In this document: in pieces, positions 15,962 through 25,728 of the stretch
How positions within the stretch are numbered: position 1 is the first letter of the stretch
Layout of the letters: every line of letters begins with the position of its first letter
DNA from: an uncultured Gammaproteobacteria bacterium
Lineage (GTDB): Bacteria > Patescibacteriota > Microgenomatia > JAMCZE01
NCBI GenBank assembly: GCA_964411775.1
Contig: CAYPLU010000002.1
Coordinates: 1-33,734 of the forward strand
DNA length: 33,734 nt
Direction: 5' to 3'
Position numbers and translations under genes: made by a program
The notes under the pieces: generated by a model
Databases searched by the model: none
Seen by the model: the letters and a program-made list of their open reading frames with translations, nothing else
What the model was told of the DNA's origin: nothing

Positions 15962-17295
15962 GCGTTCCTAATCTTCCTTCGCGAAGGTCGCTTCGCCTCG
16001 GTTTTAAACTTCTCTTTTCCTATCTAAAAGTCAATTTCAAGCTCTTTTTTCTTGGCTTTGTCATGAGTCTTTCCCTGGTTGGCCTTGCTCCAGAAATTTT
16101 TCCTCGCCTTTTCCCCAAAAGACCAATGACCGTTGGCCTGGTAGGCAACTACACCATTAGTACCCTCCCTAAAAGTATCCAAAACGAACTCAGCTTTGGT
16201 TTAACAAAACTCACTCTTGAAGGTGAAGCTACCCAAGGAGCCGCTCTCTCCTGGGAGGCCTCCGATTCCGGAAAAGTTTTTATCTTCAAATTAGATGCAA
16301 ACCTCTTTTGGCACGACGGCACCAAATTTGACGCCACCCAGATTAACTACAACTTAAAGGGCGTCCAAATAAAAAGTCTTTCCCTAAATGAAGTCGCCTT
16401 TATCCTCAAAGAGCCGTTCGCTCCCTTGCCGACTCTTCTGTCTCAACCTTTATTCAAAAATGGCCTGGTCGGTCTAGGTGCCTATCGTCTTGAAAGCATT
16501 AAACTCACCGGCAACTTTGTCGAAGGGCTAAATCTCCTAAACATTAATTCCGGGCAACGAAAAAACTACAAGTTTTTTCCAAATGAACCAGCCGCCATCA
16601 CTGCTTTGAAACTGGGTTCAATCGACCAAGTGGTTGGTCTTCACGACCTCTATAATTTGCAAAACGACAAGCACTACGCTATTAGCGAAAAAATTGACAC
16701 GTCAACTATCGCCACTATTCTTTTCAATGTCGACCAAAAAAATCTTGAGGACAAAGCGGTTCGTCAAGCCTTGGCTTACGCTCTCCCTGATACTTTTCTC
16801 GAAGGAGAAACGGCTTTTTCACCTATTTCCAAAACCAGCTGGGCCTACAACACAAACGTTAAACTTTATCCCCAAAACCTCGACATTGCTAAAAAAGCTT
16901 TCTCAGGTTCAGAATCGGCAAAAATAAGAATCATTTTGTCTCATTCACCCCGCCTCGCTACCGCTGCCACCAAAGTTACTAACGCTTGGAAAAATCTCGG
17001 AGTCGGAATCAAACAAGAACCATCCGACAATGTGAGGCCAAATTTTGACGCCTTCCTAACCTATATTGAAGTCCCAGACGACCCCGACCAATACGCCATT
17101 TGGCACTCAACCCAGTTTGGCAACGTTTCAGGCTACAAAAGTCCCCGTGTCGACCGGCTCCTTGAAGAAGGTCGCCAAACCTTGGATACCGAAAAACGAA
17201 AAGTCATTTACCTGAACTTTCAAAGAGCCATCACCGAAGATGTCCCGGCCGCCTTCCTGTTTTACCCAAAACTCTATTCAATCACCAAAAAGTAA
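15958..17295 (+). CDS. family-5 (peptide/nickel-type) ABC substrate-binding protein, membrane-anchored, no cognate permease nearby
   Basis: I prefer the ATG at 15958, which forms an ATGA overlap with the secG stop. N-terminal TM segment LFFLGFVMSLSLVGLAP. SBP_bac_5-like LFWHDGTKFDATQINYNL and a C-terminal Y..FQRAITEDVPAAFLFYP. Confidence 0.6.
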   Translation: MSVPNLPSRRSLRLGFKLLFSYLKVNFKLFFLGFVMSLSLVGLAPEIFPRLFPKRPMTVGLVGNYTISTLPKSIQNELSFGLTKLTLEGEATQGAALSWEASDSGKVFIFKLDANLFWHDGTKFDATQINYNLKGVQIKSLSLNEVAFILKEPFAPLPTLLSQPLFKNGLVGLGAYRLESIKLTGNFVEGLNLLNINSGQRKNYKFFPNEPAAITALKLGSIDQVVGLHDLYNLQNDKHYAISEKIDTSTIATILFNVDQKNLEDKAVRQALAYALPDTFLEGETAFSPISKTSWAYNTNVKLYPQNLDIAKKAFSGSESAKIRIILSHSPRLATAATKVTNAWKNLGVGIKQEPSDNVRPNFDAFLTYIEVPDDPDQYAIWHSTQFGNVSGYKSPRVDRLLEEGRQTLDTEKRKVIYLNFQRAITEDVPAAFLFYPKLYSITKK

Positions 17296-17346
17296 AAGAT
17301 TTACCCGTTGACAGCTAACCACCAATTCGTCATCCTAAATACGTCA

Positions 17347-20247
17347 ATGAGAAATATCAACAAAAAGGGAGCAATTGGCCCAATCCTGTTGATTGTTATA
17401 TTTATCCTTGGTCTTGTCGCTCTCGGAGCCCTTCTAAGTGGCAAGGTCAGTTTCCTAAATTTTGCAGCCTCAAAAAGTGGTTCCCAGGTAATCCGGGGCC
17501 TTGCCAATGATTTTTGGGCCGACCGTGTTATTGGAAAAAGAGATTTTGGAGAAATTGGCCCTAACAAAATTGTTCCATATAAAGTATTTCGCCCCGGAGG
17601 AACCGTTATCGACACTTCCGTCACTCCCGGACGTCTCTATGTCTGGGATGGAGGTAACAGCCGAATTCTGGGAATTGACCTGGCCAGGTGCTACGGTTCC
17701 ACCGCTACCTGTTCAGCCGATATTATTATCGGCCAACCTTCTGGGACCGATATGGGCGGGTGCAACAATGACTCCAGTTTTTCTTCCTCTCCCAACCGAA
17801 AACCAGCCTCAGCCTCCAGCTTATGCGGTATGCCAGAAAACACTCACACAACGCTTGAAGACAAGTCCCTAGTCACCATGGCCGTTGATTCCAAAGGAAA
17901 TCTCTACGCCCCCGACGCTTTTAATCATCGAATTCTAAAATTTAACAGTCCGTTCACCACGGATACTATCGCCGACGACTTCTGGGGACAACCAGATTTT
18001 TCAAGTAATGGCTGCAACTTTACCGGTGATGCTAGAAGCGGTCTGTCCGGTGGCCCCGCGCCAAAGCCAACAGCAAACTCACTCTGTTTTCATTCTATTA
18101 ACGGGGAAGGCGCTGCTGTCGCTTTTGATCCCGCAGGAAACATGTGGGTCGCTGACGGGGGTAACAACCGACTGCTTCGCTATCCAAAGTCAGGGTCAAC
18201 TATCTCAAAAACCCCCGATTTCGTCCTTGGTCAACCAGATTTTACTACCGGTGGGGATTGGTCTGGCGGTTCTGCCAACAACCAATTCAAAAGTCCGCAG
18301 TCCTTAGCTTTTGACAAAGACGGTAACCTCTATGTTTCAGACTCAGGCAACAATCGCGTTTTAAAATTCACCCCACCCTATTCAACCGGAACCACTATTG
18401 TTCAAAAAATCCCCGGCGGTATCATCACCGTCGTCAATGACTCTCAAAATCGTGGAATTTGGACCCGTAGCAATAACATTAATACTGTCTTGTCACTCTG
18501 GAGTTATTCCGGCCAGCCAATTACAAGTGTAAAAGTAAATAATTTCGGTGCGGGAGCCTTTGGCTTTGACACCAATAATCATATTCTCGTTTCTACCTAT
18601 GATGACCAAGATGTCTTCGAGCTAATTCCAGGTTCTGGTGGCACAAATTACACCGTTGGAAAAAGTCTCTTTCTGGCCCGAAACGTCGCCAACCTTCCCG
18701 ACCCCAGTCGGTTCCATCACCCAGCCTGGGGCGGTATAGCCGTCACTGATAACCAATTAATTGTCGCTGTGAACCACTTGAGATTTTGGAACACCCCCCC
18801 TAATATCCCAAATGGCAAAGAACCTGACGGTTTTGTGGGAGTTGCCTACGATACTGATAGAGCCAATCCAGAATTTGGGGAATTAAGTTCCGATCAAAAC
18901 GGCACTTTATGGGCAACCCGACTTAACTTGATAGAGGCCTATCAGACTCCTTTAACTACTAATGCCAAACCAATTAAACAATTAATAAACCAGATTGATG
19001 TTCTGGGTGGCGGATCAATCACCCTAGAAACAGCCATGGGAATTGCCGCAACTCCCGACGGAAAATATCTCTGGGTTTCAGAAAATGAAAAAAGTCGCGT
19101 TGTACGGATTCGCGATCCACTCACCAATCCTTTGATTGATGTCATTCTTGGTCAAACAAGTCCAAGCGGGGATCAATGTAATAATGGCCTTGTCCCGGCA
19201 AGAGACCCCCAGATCGACCTGACCATGCTTTGCAATCCAGGAATGCTGTCTCTTGATAAAAAAGGCAACCTCTACGTGTCTGACCATGTCATTGAGGCTC
19301 GGGGGAATTTCAGAACCCTGATGTTTTCGGCCACCTTGTTTCCTGATAATCTGGCACAGCCAATTTTTGGACTAAAAGCCACTAAGGAGTTTCCTAGCCA
19401 AGGAATAACGCAGGGTTGGTCACACATGAATTTTGAAGCCGCTTTTGACAGCAGCAACAGGATGGTAATTGGCAACAACCCCTACTCCGGATTTAAGAAA
19501 AGATACTTGGAATATTACAACGACCCGACCGCGGTTAATCCAGCAAATCCCAGCGATCCAAGCTATGCCGAACCAACCGGTACTTTAAACGACTTTTATG
19601 GTTGGCCAATTGGCCTGGTGTTTGACAAAAACGATAATCTTTACGTTTATGACGCAAATAGAGGTCAGGTCCGCATCTATTTTAAGCCTTTCGGTGTAGC
19701 ACCTAAAAACCAACCTCCAATTGCCAAATTCACCGGCGCACCAACTTCAGGGAGATCGCCGCTGACAGTAAAATTCACCAATCAATCCCTAGATCCGGAC
19801 AACGACATTTTAACTTATGCCTGGGACTTTGGCGACGGACAAAAATCAACGGACATTTCTCCGTCTCACACGTACAAAGTTATCCAAACACCCGACAATC
19901 AAAAAAAGCTCTTTACCGCAACTTTAATTGCCACTGATTCAAAAGGGACTAAGTCCAATAAAGCGACCCAAACCTTTTCCGTTGCCCCAAACCGTCCTCC
20001 AATCGCAAATTTTACCTATAAAATAAACAAAATTATCAATGGTTATTCTGTCCAATTTAACTCCACTTCTACCGACCCTGACAACGACAGTCTCTCCTAC
20101 CAATGGGACTACGGTGACGATACTACTGGAAAAAGCAAAAATAATACGCACGTCTACAAAAAATCTGGCAAGTACACCGTCGTCCTAAAAGTCCAAGACA
20201 GCTTTGGCGCCAAGGGGTCAGTGCAAAAAATCGTCAGTCTAAACTAG
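17347..20247 (+). CDS. large secreted/anchored NHL-repeat beta-propeller protein with two C-terminal PKD domains
   Basis: N-terminal TM/signal IGPILLIVIFILGLVALGALL from the ATG at 17347. Repeated NHL signatures (YAPDAFNHRILKF, WVADGGNNRLLRY, YVSDSGNNRVLKF, YVYDANRGQVRIY). Two PKD modules (PLTVKFTNQSLDPDNDILTYAWDFGDG..HTY and VQFNSTSTDPDNDSLSYQWDYGDD..HVY). Confidence 0.75.
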   Translation: MRNINKKGAIGPILLIVIFILGLVALGALLSGKVSFLNFAASKSGSQVIRGLANDFWADRVIGKRDFGEIGPNKIVPYKVFRPGGTVIDTSVTPGRLYVWDGGNSRILGIDLARCYGSTATCSADIIIGQPSGTDMGGCNNDSSFSSSPNRKPASASSLCGMPENTHTTLEDKSLVTMAVDSKGNLYAPDAFNHRILKFNSPFTTDTIADDFWGQPDFSSNGCNFTGDARSGLSGGPAPKPTANSLCFHSINGEGAAVAFDPAGNMWVADGGNNRLLRYPKSGSTISKTPDFVLGQPDFTTGGDWSGGSANNQFKSPQSLAFDKDGNLYVSDSGNNRVLKFTPPYSTGTTIVQKIPGGIITVVNDSQNRGIWTRSNNINTVLSLWSYSGQPITSVKVNNFGAGAFGFDTNNHILVSTYDDQDVFELIPGSGGTNYTVGKSLFLARNVANLPDPSRFHHPAWGGIAVTDNQLIVAVNHLRFWNTPPNIPNGKEPDGFVGVAYDTDRANPEFGELSSDQNGTLWATRLNLIEAYQTPLTTNAKPIKQLINQIDVLGGGSITLETAMGIAATPDGKYLWVSENEKSRVVRIRDPLTNPLIDVILGQTSPSGDQCNNGLVPARDPQIDLTMLCNPGMLSLDKKGNLYVSDHVIEARGNFRTLMFSATLFPDNLAQPIFGLKATKEFPSQGITQGWSHMNFEAAFDSSNRMVIGNNPYSGFKKRYLEYYNDPTAVNPANPSDPSYAEPTGTLNDFYGWPIGLVFDKNDNLYVYDANRGQVRIYFKPFGVAPKNQPPIAKFTGAPTSGRSPLTVKFTNQSLDPDNDILTYAWDFGDGQKSTDISPSHTYKVIQTPDNQKKLFTATLIATDSKGTKSNKATQTFSVAPNRPPIANFTYKINKIINGYSVQFNSTSTDPDNDSLSYQWDYGDDTTGKSKNNTHVYKKSGKYTVVLKVQDSFGAKGSVQKIVSLN

Positions 20248-20254
20248 ACTAAAA

Positions 20255-21301
20255 CTATTTTCCCCTAAAAAACCTTTTTGGGCCGCCAAACTTTATTATC
20301 GAGACAAACATCGCTATCAGCCAAATTGTTATTGAAATAACCAGAAGTGCTGTTGGGGTGCTGTAAAAGGCAAGCCCCCACAAAATTCGTAGCACTATTG
20401 TATGGGATAAATAAATCAAAAAGGACACCTGTCCCAAAAATACGATCGGCCCAAATAATAACCGTCCCTTGGCCAACTGCTTTGGCAAAAAATTTAAACC
20501 GACTGTCAGTGCAGAGACGCTTAACAAAATTACCGAAATTCGGGTAAATCCGCCGGCAAAAATTATGTTTTGTCCTTCACCAAGAAGCGTCTGTGTCTCT
20601 AACACAGCCCAACGTAAACCAATCGCCAAAAATGGCAAAGCCAAAACTCCTAGCCAAAAGCTTTTCACTCGCTCCGTCAACCCCAGATAAATCCCTAGGA
20701 CAAAGTAAAAAATCCAGCTAGCCAAAAACACGTATTGCTGTTGGTCAGTTTGCAGCGATTTTATTGTCGGGTCATGAACGACAATATTCCCTAAATACCA
20801 ATAAAACCAAATTTGAAGAAAAAGTGTAAATAGGACGAAAATGATACCGACCTTTCTCGTCAGCCAAAAAAGAACCGGGAATAAAAGATACAACGACACG
20901 ATCATCGGCACGTAGTAAAGATGGTAATCACCTCTACCAAGAATAACCCTCTGCCACAACGGAAAACTATCCGCGAACCCGGCCCAGCCTGGCACCAAAT
21001 GAACGATTAAATAAATAATCGCCAGCCAAAAAAAATAAAGTGGCAAGAGTTTGACGACCCTATTTTTTAAAAACTCAATTGTATTAAACCGGACCTCCCC
21101 ATATTTCCTGGCTAAAGAAAGGCCCGACAACGCCACAAAAAAAGGCACGCTGAAGCGGAAATAATTCATTAAGACCAAAAGGTCTTGGCTCTTTGACGAG
21201 GAGACGTTCTCCGCGTTAACAAAAAAAGGGATAATGTGAAGTCCAATTACCGCCAGAATTGCCAGCCCTTTGAGAAAATCAATTGATTCATCACGCGCCA
21301 T
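20255..21301 (-). CDS. membrane acyltransferase, family 3
   Basis: 348 aa with about 10 TM helices. N-terminal IDFLKGLAILAVIGLHI is characteristic of Acyl_transf_3. Confidence 0.75.
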   Translation of the reverse strand: MARDESIDFLKGLAILAVIGLHIIPFFVNAENVSSSKSQDLLVLMNYFRFSVPFFVALSGLSLARKYGEVRFNTIEFLKNRVVKLLPLYFFWLAIIYLIVHLVPGWAGFADSFPLWQRVILGRGDYHLYYVPMIVSLYLLFPVLFWLTRKVGIIFVLFTLFLQIWFYWYLGNIVVHDPTIKSLQTDQQQYVFLASWIFYFVLGIYLGLTERVKSFWLGVLALPFLAIGLRWAVLETQTLLGEGQNIIFAGGFTRISVILLSVSALTVGLNFLPKQLAKGRLLFGPIVFLGQVSFLIYLSHTIVLRILWGLAFYSTPTALLVISITIWLIAMFVSIIKFGGPKRFFRGK

Positions 21302-21309
21302 GTTTAGAC

Positions 21310-21921
21310 CTATATTCTGCGAATTTCCCGCTCAACTATTCTTCCGTCTTCAACAACTTTGTACAACCAAACGTCACCGAAACTAATTTCCAAATGCTCT
21401 ACTTCTTCATCCCCCAGTTGATCCAAATATTTAACTAACGCTCGCAACGAGTTTCCATGAGCACTGATAACGACGTTCTGCCCGGCGATTAATTTTGGCA
21501 AAATCACTTTTTCGTAATAAGGAACAACTCGGTTAAAAACATCTTTGAGTGTTTCTCCGTGGGGAAGGGGATAATCCCACCCTCGATGCCATTTCTCAAA
21601 TAAGTCTAAACCGTACTTTTCCTCAACCTCGGTTTTATGAAGACCAGTAAAATTTCCGTAATCCCGTTCGTTCAAGGCGGCATTTTCTTCGACTGGAAAA
21701 CCAAACTGATTGGCTCCTTCTTTTATTCCGTCCAGTGTTTCTTTTGCCCGCTTGAGAACTGAGGTAAATCCATAATCCCAGTGAATGTCCTTAATTTGCT
21801 TACCTGCGGCTATGGCTTCGCGCTTTCCTTTTTCCGTGAGAGAAATATCTGTCAATCCAGTCCACATATCCATGGCGTTCCATTCTGATTCTCCATGCCG
21901 GATAAGCGCTAAATAGGCCAT
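21310..21921 (-). CDS. gpmA: 2,3-bisphosphoglycerate-dependent phosphoglycerate mutase / histidine phosphatase
   Basis: LIRHGESEWN catalytic His motif and a distal SAHGNSLRAL. Overlaps the eno 3' end by 13 nt. Confidence 0.85.
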   Translation of the reverse strand: MAYLALIRHGESEWNAMDMWTGLTDISLTEKGKREAIAAGKQIKDIHWDYGFTSVLKRAKETLDGIKEGANQFGFPVEENAALNERDYGNFTGLHKTEVEEKYGLDLFEKWHRGWDYPLPHGETLKDVFNRVVPYYEKVILPKLIAGQNVVISAHGNSLRALVKYLDQLGDEEVEHLEISFGDVWLYKVVEDGRIVEREIRRI

Positions 21922-23186
21922 TTTGCAAATTTCGCCTCACTACCTAACTCTTCTTCAATTCTAAGAAGTTCGTTATACTTTGCCAAGCGTTCTCCACGAG
22001 CAGGAGCACCAAACTTGACCAGTCCGCAAGCTGTCCCAACAGCAAGATGCGCAACCGAGGTGTCATCGGTTTCGCCTGAGCGGTGCGAAACAACTGTTTT
22101 GAAGCCCTTCTTTTTTGCCTCTGTCAATGTTGCCAAAGTCGCCGTCACCGTACCAACCTGATTTGGCTTAATGATCACCCCATTGCAAAGCTTTTCCTCA
22201 ATTGTCCTGCGCAATATTTTGACATTGGTCACAATAAGATCGTCACCGACAATTGTTACCTTCCCTCCTAAACGATCAGTAATTTTCTTCCAAGAGGGAA
22301 TGTCCGTCTCGGCCAGTGGATCTTCAAGTGAAACAATCGGAAACTCGGAAACTAGTTTCTCCAGCCACCCGATAAGATCATCGCCGTCAAGTTCAACCCC
22401 TTCACTCTTCAGCTTGTACTTTTTCCCGTTAAAGAACTCTGACGCCGCCAAATCAAGTGCCAAGCAAACATCATGGTTTTGTTTAAAACCGGCTAAAGAA
22501 ATACCTTCCAATAAAATTTCCAGAGCTTCTCGATTCCCCTTAACAAAATGCACGGCGTACCCCCCCTCATCACCAACAGGCGTTTCATAACCCCTCTGTT
22601 TTAAAACTAATCCTAAAGCGTGATAGATTTCCGTCCCCATTTCAAGTGCCTCACCAAAGCTTCTGGCGCCAATGGGAATAACCATAAACTCCTGAAAGTC
22701 AGTCACAAACCCCGCGTGAGTTCCACCATTAATGAGATTCAAAAATGGCATTGGCAATAAAACTGTCCTAGTCTGAGAAAGCGAGGCGAAATATTGATAA
22801 AGAGGCATTCCGGAACTAATGGCTCCCGCTTTTGCACTTGCTAGTGACACGGACAAAACCGCTTCGGCCCCAACCTTGGCAAAGTTATCCGTCGCCCCCA
22901 GTATGGCTAACTCCTCGTCGATTAATTTTTGATCGTTAGCATCAAACCGAATCATCTTTGGCCCGATAATTTCTTCAACATTTCTGACTGCCGTTAAAAC
23001 GGTCTGCCCGCCATAGTGCTCTGAATTGCGGTCTCGGTTTTCCACCGCCTCTTTTGAACCGGTTGAGGCTCCGGATGGAACAGAAGCCCGGCCCATGGTT
23101 CCGTCAGCCAAGATTACATCGGTTTCAATCGTCGGATTTCCCCGGGAGTCCAAAATTTGCCGCGCTTTTATTTCCGCAATTTTCAT
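21909..23186 (-). CDS. eno: enolase (phosphopyruvate hydratase)
   Basis: 425 aa. ILDSRGNPTIE, IKPNQVGTVT and SHRSGETDDT motifs. Confidence 0.97.
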   Translation of the reverse strand: MKIAEIKARQILDSRGNPTIETDVILADGTMGRASVPSGASTGSKEAVENRDRNSEHYGGQTVLTAVRNVEEIIGPKMIRFDANDQKLIDEELAILGATDNFAKVGAEAVLSVSLASAKAGAISSGMPLYQYFASLSQTRTVLLPMPFLNLINGGTHAGFVTDFQEFMVIPIGARSFGEALEMGTEIYHALGLVLKQRGYETPVGDEGGYAVHFVKGNREALEILLEGISLAGFKQNHDVCLALDLAASEFFNGKKYKLKSEGVELDGDDLIGWLEKLVSEFPIVSLEDPLAETDIPSWKKITDRLGGKVTIVGDDLIVTNVKILRRTIEEKLCNGVIIKPNQVGTVTATLATLTEAKKKGFKTVVSHRSGETDDTSVAHLAVGTACGLVKFGAPARGERLAKYNELLRIEEELGSEAKFAKWPI

Positions 23187-23203
23187 CTTGTGATCATTCT
23201 ACC

Positions 23204-23917
23204 CTAAATTTTCCCCTCAATATAGGCTCTCCTAAGTTTTTCGGGGAATCTTTCGATTGCATAACGCAGCATTGTTCTAGGCATGTTTTTGTAATGCTTT
23301 TTCAAAAATCTTTCCAGGGTATCCTGACCACACCGTTTCCCAACTTCTCGCAGCATCCACCCAACCGCTTTGTGGATAAGATCATGTCGATCATTTAACA
23401 AAATCTCTGCTATTCTCAGCGTGTCATTTGGCTGACCTTTGCCGATAAAAAAGTATGTGGCAATTATAGCTATTCGTCTTTCCCATAGACCGTTTGAAAC
23501 TGCCAACCGGTCAAGCACCTTTCGGTCCCGGTCAAACAAATAACCACCTACAATCGTGGGGGATGACCCGTCAACCAAATCCCAGTTATTTATAAATCCG
23601 GTGTGAGTAAGATATAAATTAAAAATTTGCTCTTGTTCTAGTGCAAGAGCAAATTTAAATCTTCTTGTTAAAATCAAAAGGGCCAATTGCCTTTCTTCGT
23701 GAATCCTGCTTTGTAACAAAAGGGCTACGTCGCGAAGAGTCGTTGTTCGAAAATTCTTCTGGGCAATTGCCTGTACCTGAGGTACAGCCAGTCCTAAAAA
23801 GATATCGCCGTAACCATATTCTCCCTCCGCTGTTTTAAAGTATTTAGCCGATACTTTCGCTCGATCCGTATTAGAAAACGAGCGTAGCTCATGCCTAATT
23901 TGCGATAGGTTGTTCAT
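23204..23917 (-). CDS. DNA alkylation repair protein (AlkD/AlkC-like HEAT-like repeat family)
   Basis: Overall pattern AKVSAKYFKTAEGEYGYGDIFLGLAVPQVQAIAQ ... NNWDLVD ... AVGWMLREVGK resembles the DNA_alkylation family from memory. I prefer the ATG at 23917 over the TTG at 23950. Confidence 0.7.
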   Translation of the reverse strand: MNNLSQIRHELRSFSNTDRAKVSAKYFKTAEGEYGYGDIFLGLAVPQVQAIAQKNFRTTTLRDVALLLQSRIHEERQLALLILTRRFKFALALEQEQIFNLYLTHTGFINNWDLVDGSSPTIVGGYLFDRDRKVLDRLAVSNGLWERRIAIIATYFFIGKGQPNDTLRIAEILLNDRHDLIHKAVGWMLREVGKRCGQDTLERFLKKHYKNMPRTMLRYAIERFPEKLRRAYIEGKI

Positions 23918-23958
23918 AATAAAACCGGCCGTATATATAATATAGTCCAATTAATAAT

Positions 23959-25041
23959 ATGACTATAGACACAGCCCAGTTCGCCAAAAAAACTCTCGCA
24001 GGATACGTCCCTCAAATTAATAGGAGATTGGCTGCCTTTTTTGACAAAGAAATCTCTCTGGATTTTGGTTTTAGCTCTCGTCAAAAAACAATGGTGCGAG
24101 AGCTTTTGGAACATTCCAAAGAGCATAATTTACGAGCGTCAAAACGACTGCGTGGATCGTTTGTCCATTATGGCTACCTCCTAAGCGGTAAAGAGATTAA
24201 TAACAAAGTTTGGCAAGCCGCCATGGGCGTTGAAATCGTTCACACCGCTCTTCTAATGCACGACGACTTTATGGACCGGGACAAATTTAGACGAGGTGGT
24301 CTAACTACCCACAATTTTTTAGAAAAAAAATATCACGGCAGTCAACATTTTGGGCAATCAATGGCCGTTTCCATCGGCGATGCCATTTTATGTCTTGGAT
24401 TTGAAATGGTCTTTGGGGGAGATAGCCAAAATAAAACGATGCACCAGTTATTTAGGGGCATTGTGAATACCGCCTTTGGACAAGCCTACGATGTTTTACT
24501 TGAAACGTTTGAACATTGGACCGAAGACGACGTCATTACCCTCCACAAAGCCAAGACCGCTATTTACACGTACCACAATCCGCTAGTAATTGGAGCCAAC
24601 CTAGCCGGAATTGATAACGACCAGGTCCTAAAAATTATTTACGATTACTCAGTGGATGGGGGAGTTGCTTTCCAGCTTCAGGATGACATTTTGGGAGTTT
24701 TTGGCACACCTGAAAGAACCGGCAAATCCGCCGACTCTGATCTTTTACAGGGAAAATGTACCCTAATGGTTCTCCACGTCCTTGAAAAGGGGACTGCTGA
24801 ACAAAAAAATGCTGTCAAAAAGATTTGGGGGAAACAAAAAGCCTCCCGAATAGACTTAGACGCTGCCAAAAAAGCGATCATGGATTCCGGCTCATACGAC
24901 TATAATAAACAAATGGCCAAAGATTTTGCCCGAAAAGCCGTCAACACCGCTGCCAAGCTTCGGGACGTTCCGGGACTAAACAAAGAAGCCATCGACTATA
25001 TTCAGGGGATTGCCCAGTACATGGTTACCCGAGATGTTTGA
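23959..25041 (+). CDS. polyprenyl diphosphate synthase (GGPP/FPP synthase family)
   Basis: First Asp-rich motif LLMHDDFMDRDKFRRG and second Asp-rich motif FQLQDDILG. Confidence 0.85.
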   Translation: MTIDTAQFAKKTLAGYVPQINRRLAAFFDKEISLDFGFSSRQKTMVRELLEHSKEHNLRASKRLRGSFVHYGYLLSGKEINNKVWQAAMGVEIVHTALLMHDDFMDRDKFRRGGLTTHNFLEKKYHGSQHFGQSMAVSIGDAILCLGFEMVFGGDSQNKTMHQLFRGIVNTAFGQAYDVLLETFEHWTEDDVITLHKAKTAIYTYHNPLVIGANLAGIDNDQVLKIIYDYSVDGGVAFQLQDDILGVFGTPERTGKSADSDLLQGKCTLMVLHVLEKGTAEQKNAVKKIWGKQKASRIDLDAAKKAIMDSGSYDYNKQMAKDFARKAVNTAAKLRDVPGLNKEAIDYIQGIAQYMVTRDV

Positions 25042-25687
25042 CCATAGCCTAGCCCTTAAAAACTGGCTAAAATGGCCATTCCAAAACCTTCCCGAGTCCT
25101 GGAAAAATGGAGAAAAAGGTGACGTCATCCTCATCCCTGGCTTCTTATCAACCTGGAACTTTCTCACCACCATTGGTAATTTTACTAACTCCCTGGGTTT
25201 TCGCGTCCACGTTATTAAAAATATTGATATCAACGTTTATCCAATTGTCTTTTGTCTTGACCAGCTAAGAGAATATCTTGAGAAAAATAATCTCGAAAAA
25301 GTAATCTTAATTGGCCACAGCAAAGGCGCTCTTATGGCTCGTTTAGCCTTAAAAAATCCCAAAATTGATAAACGAATCGTCAAAGTCATCACTCTTGCCG
25401 CCCCTTTTGGAGGCAGCCTCAGAGCCAAAAAATTTCAGCGATTTTTTAACCTTCATGAGTTATCACCCGACTCAGTCTTTATTAAACAAGCCCAAAAAGT
25501 CTCAAGGAAAGAGTCCTCAAAGATAATTAATTTATACTCCAAAATAGATAACACCGTTAAACCTAAAACCAGTTTGGTTCTCAAAGGAATTGAGAATAGT
25601 GAGGTCGATGTTTCCGGCCATAACCGAATTCTTGAGTCTCCAAAAACATTAATAATCTTAAGACAAATCCTAAAAACCAAAAGCTAA
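25034..25687 (+). CDS. alpha/beta hydrolase (lipase/esterase-like)
   Basis: Nucleophile elbow LIGHSKGA after a beta-strand, preceded by ILIPGF. I prefer the ATG at 25034, which overlaps the upstream stop by 8 nt. Confidence 0.55.
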   Translation: MFDHSLALKNWLKWPFQNLPESWKNGEKGDVILIPGFLSTWNFLTTIGNFTNSLGFRVHVIKNIDINVYPIVFCLDQLREYLEKNNLEKVILIGHSKGALMARLALKNPKIDKRIVKVITLAAPFGGSLRAKKFQRFFNLHELSPDSVFIKQAQKVSRKESSKIINLYSKIDNTVKPKTSLVLKGIENSEVDVSGHNRILESPKTLIILRQILKTKS

Positions 25688-25691
25688 TTCT

Positions 25692-25719
25692 CAGACAATC
25701 CTAAGCCTTGGTGTATACT
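25692..25719 (+). promoter_or_regulatory. putative promoter of the two-component/efflux operon (CAGACA-N16-TATACT)
   Basis: cagaca atcctaagccttggtg tatact ctctccgca ATG. The -10 ends 9 nt before the response-regulator start codon. Confidence 0.3.
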
Positions 25720-25728
25720 CTCTCCGCA

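Noticed and set aside
673-22590. Long antisense or overlapping ORFs: 673-1116(-), 3175-3582(-), 4249-4734(+), 8120-8542(-), 9683-10186(-), 11334-11705(-), 17301-17624(-), 22171-22590(+) and the many 60-110-aa ones
   Set aside because: Each lies entirely within, and antisense or out of frame to, a gene with strong family motifs. Their products are Ser/Arg/Pro-rich low-complexity strings typical of shadow ORFs.
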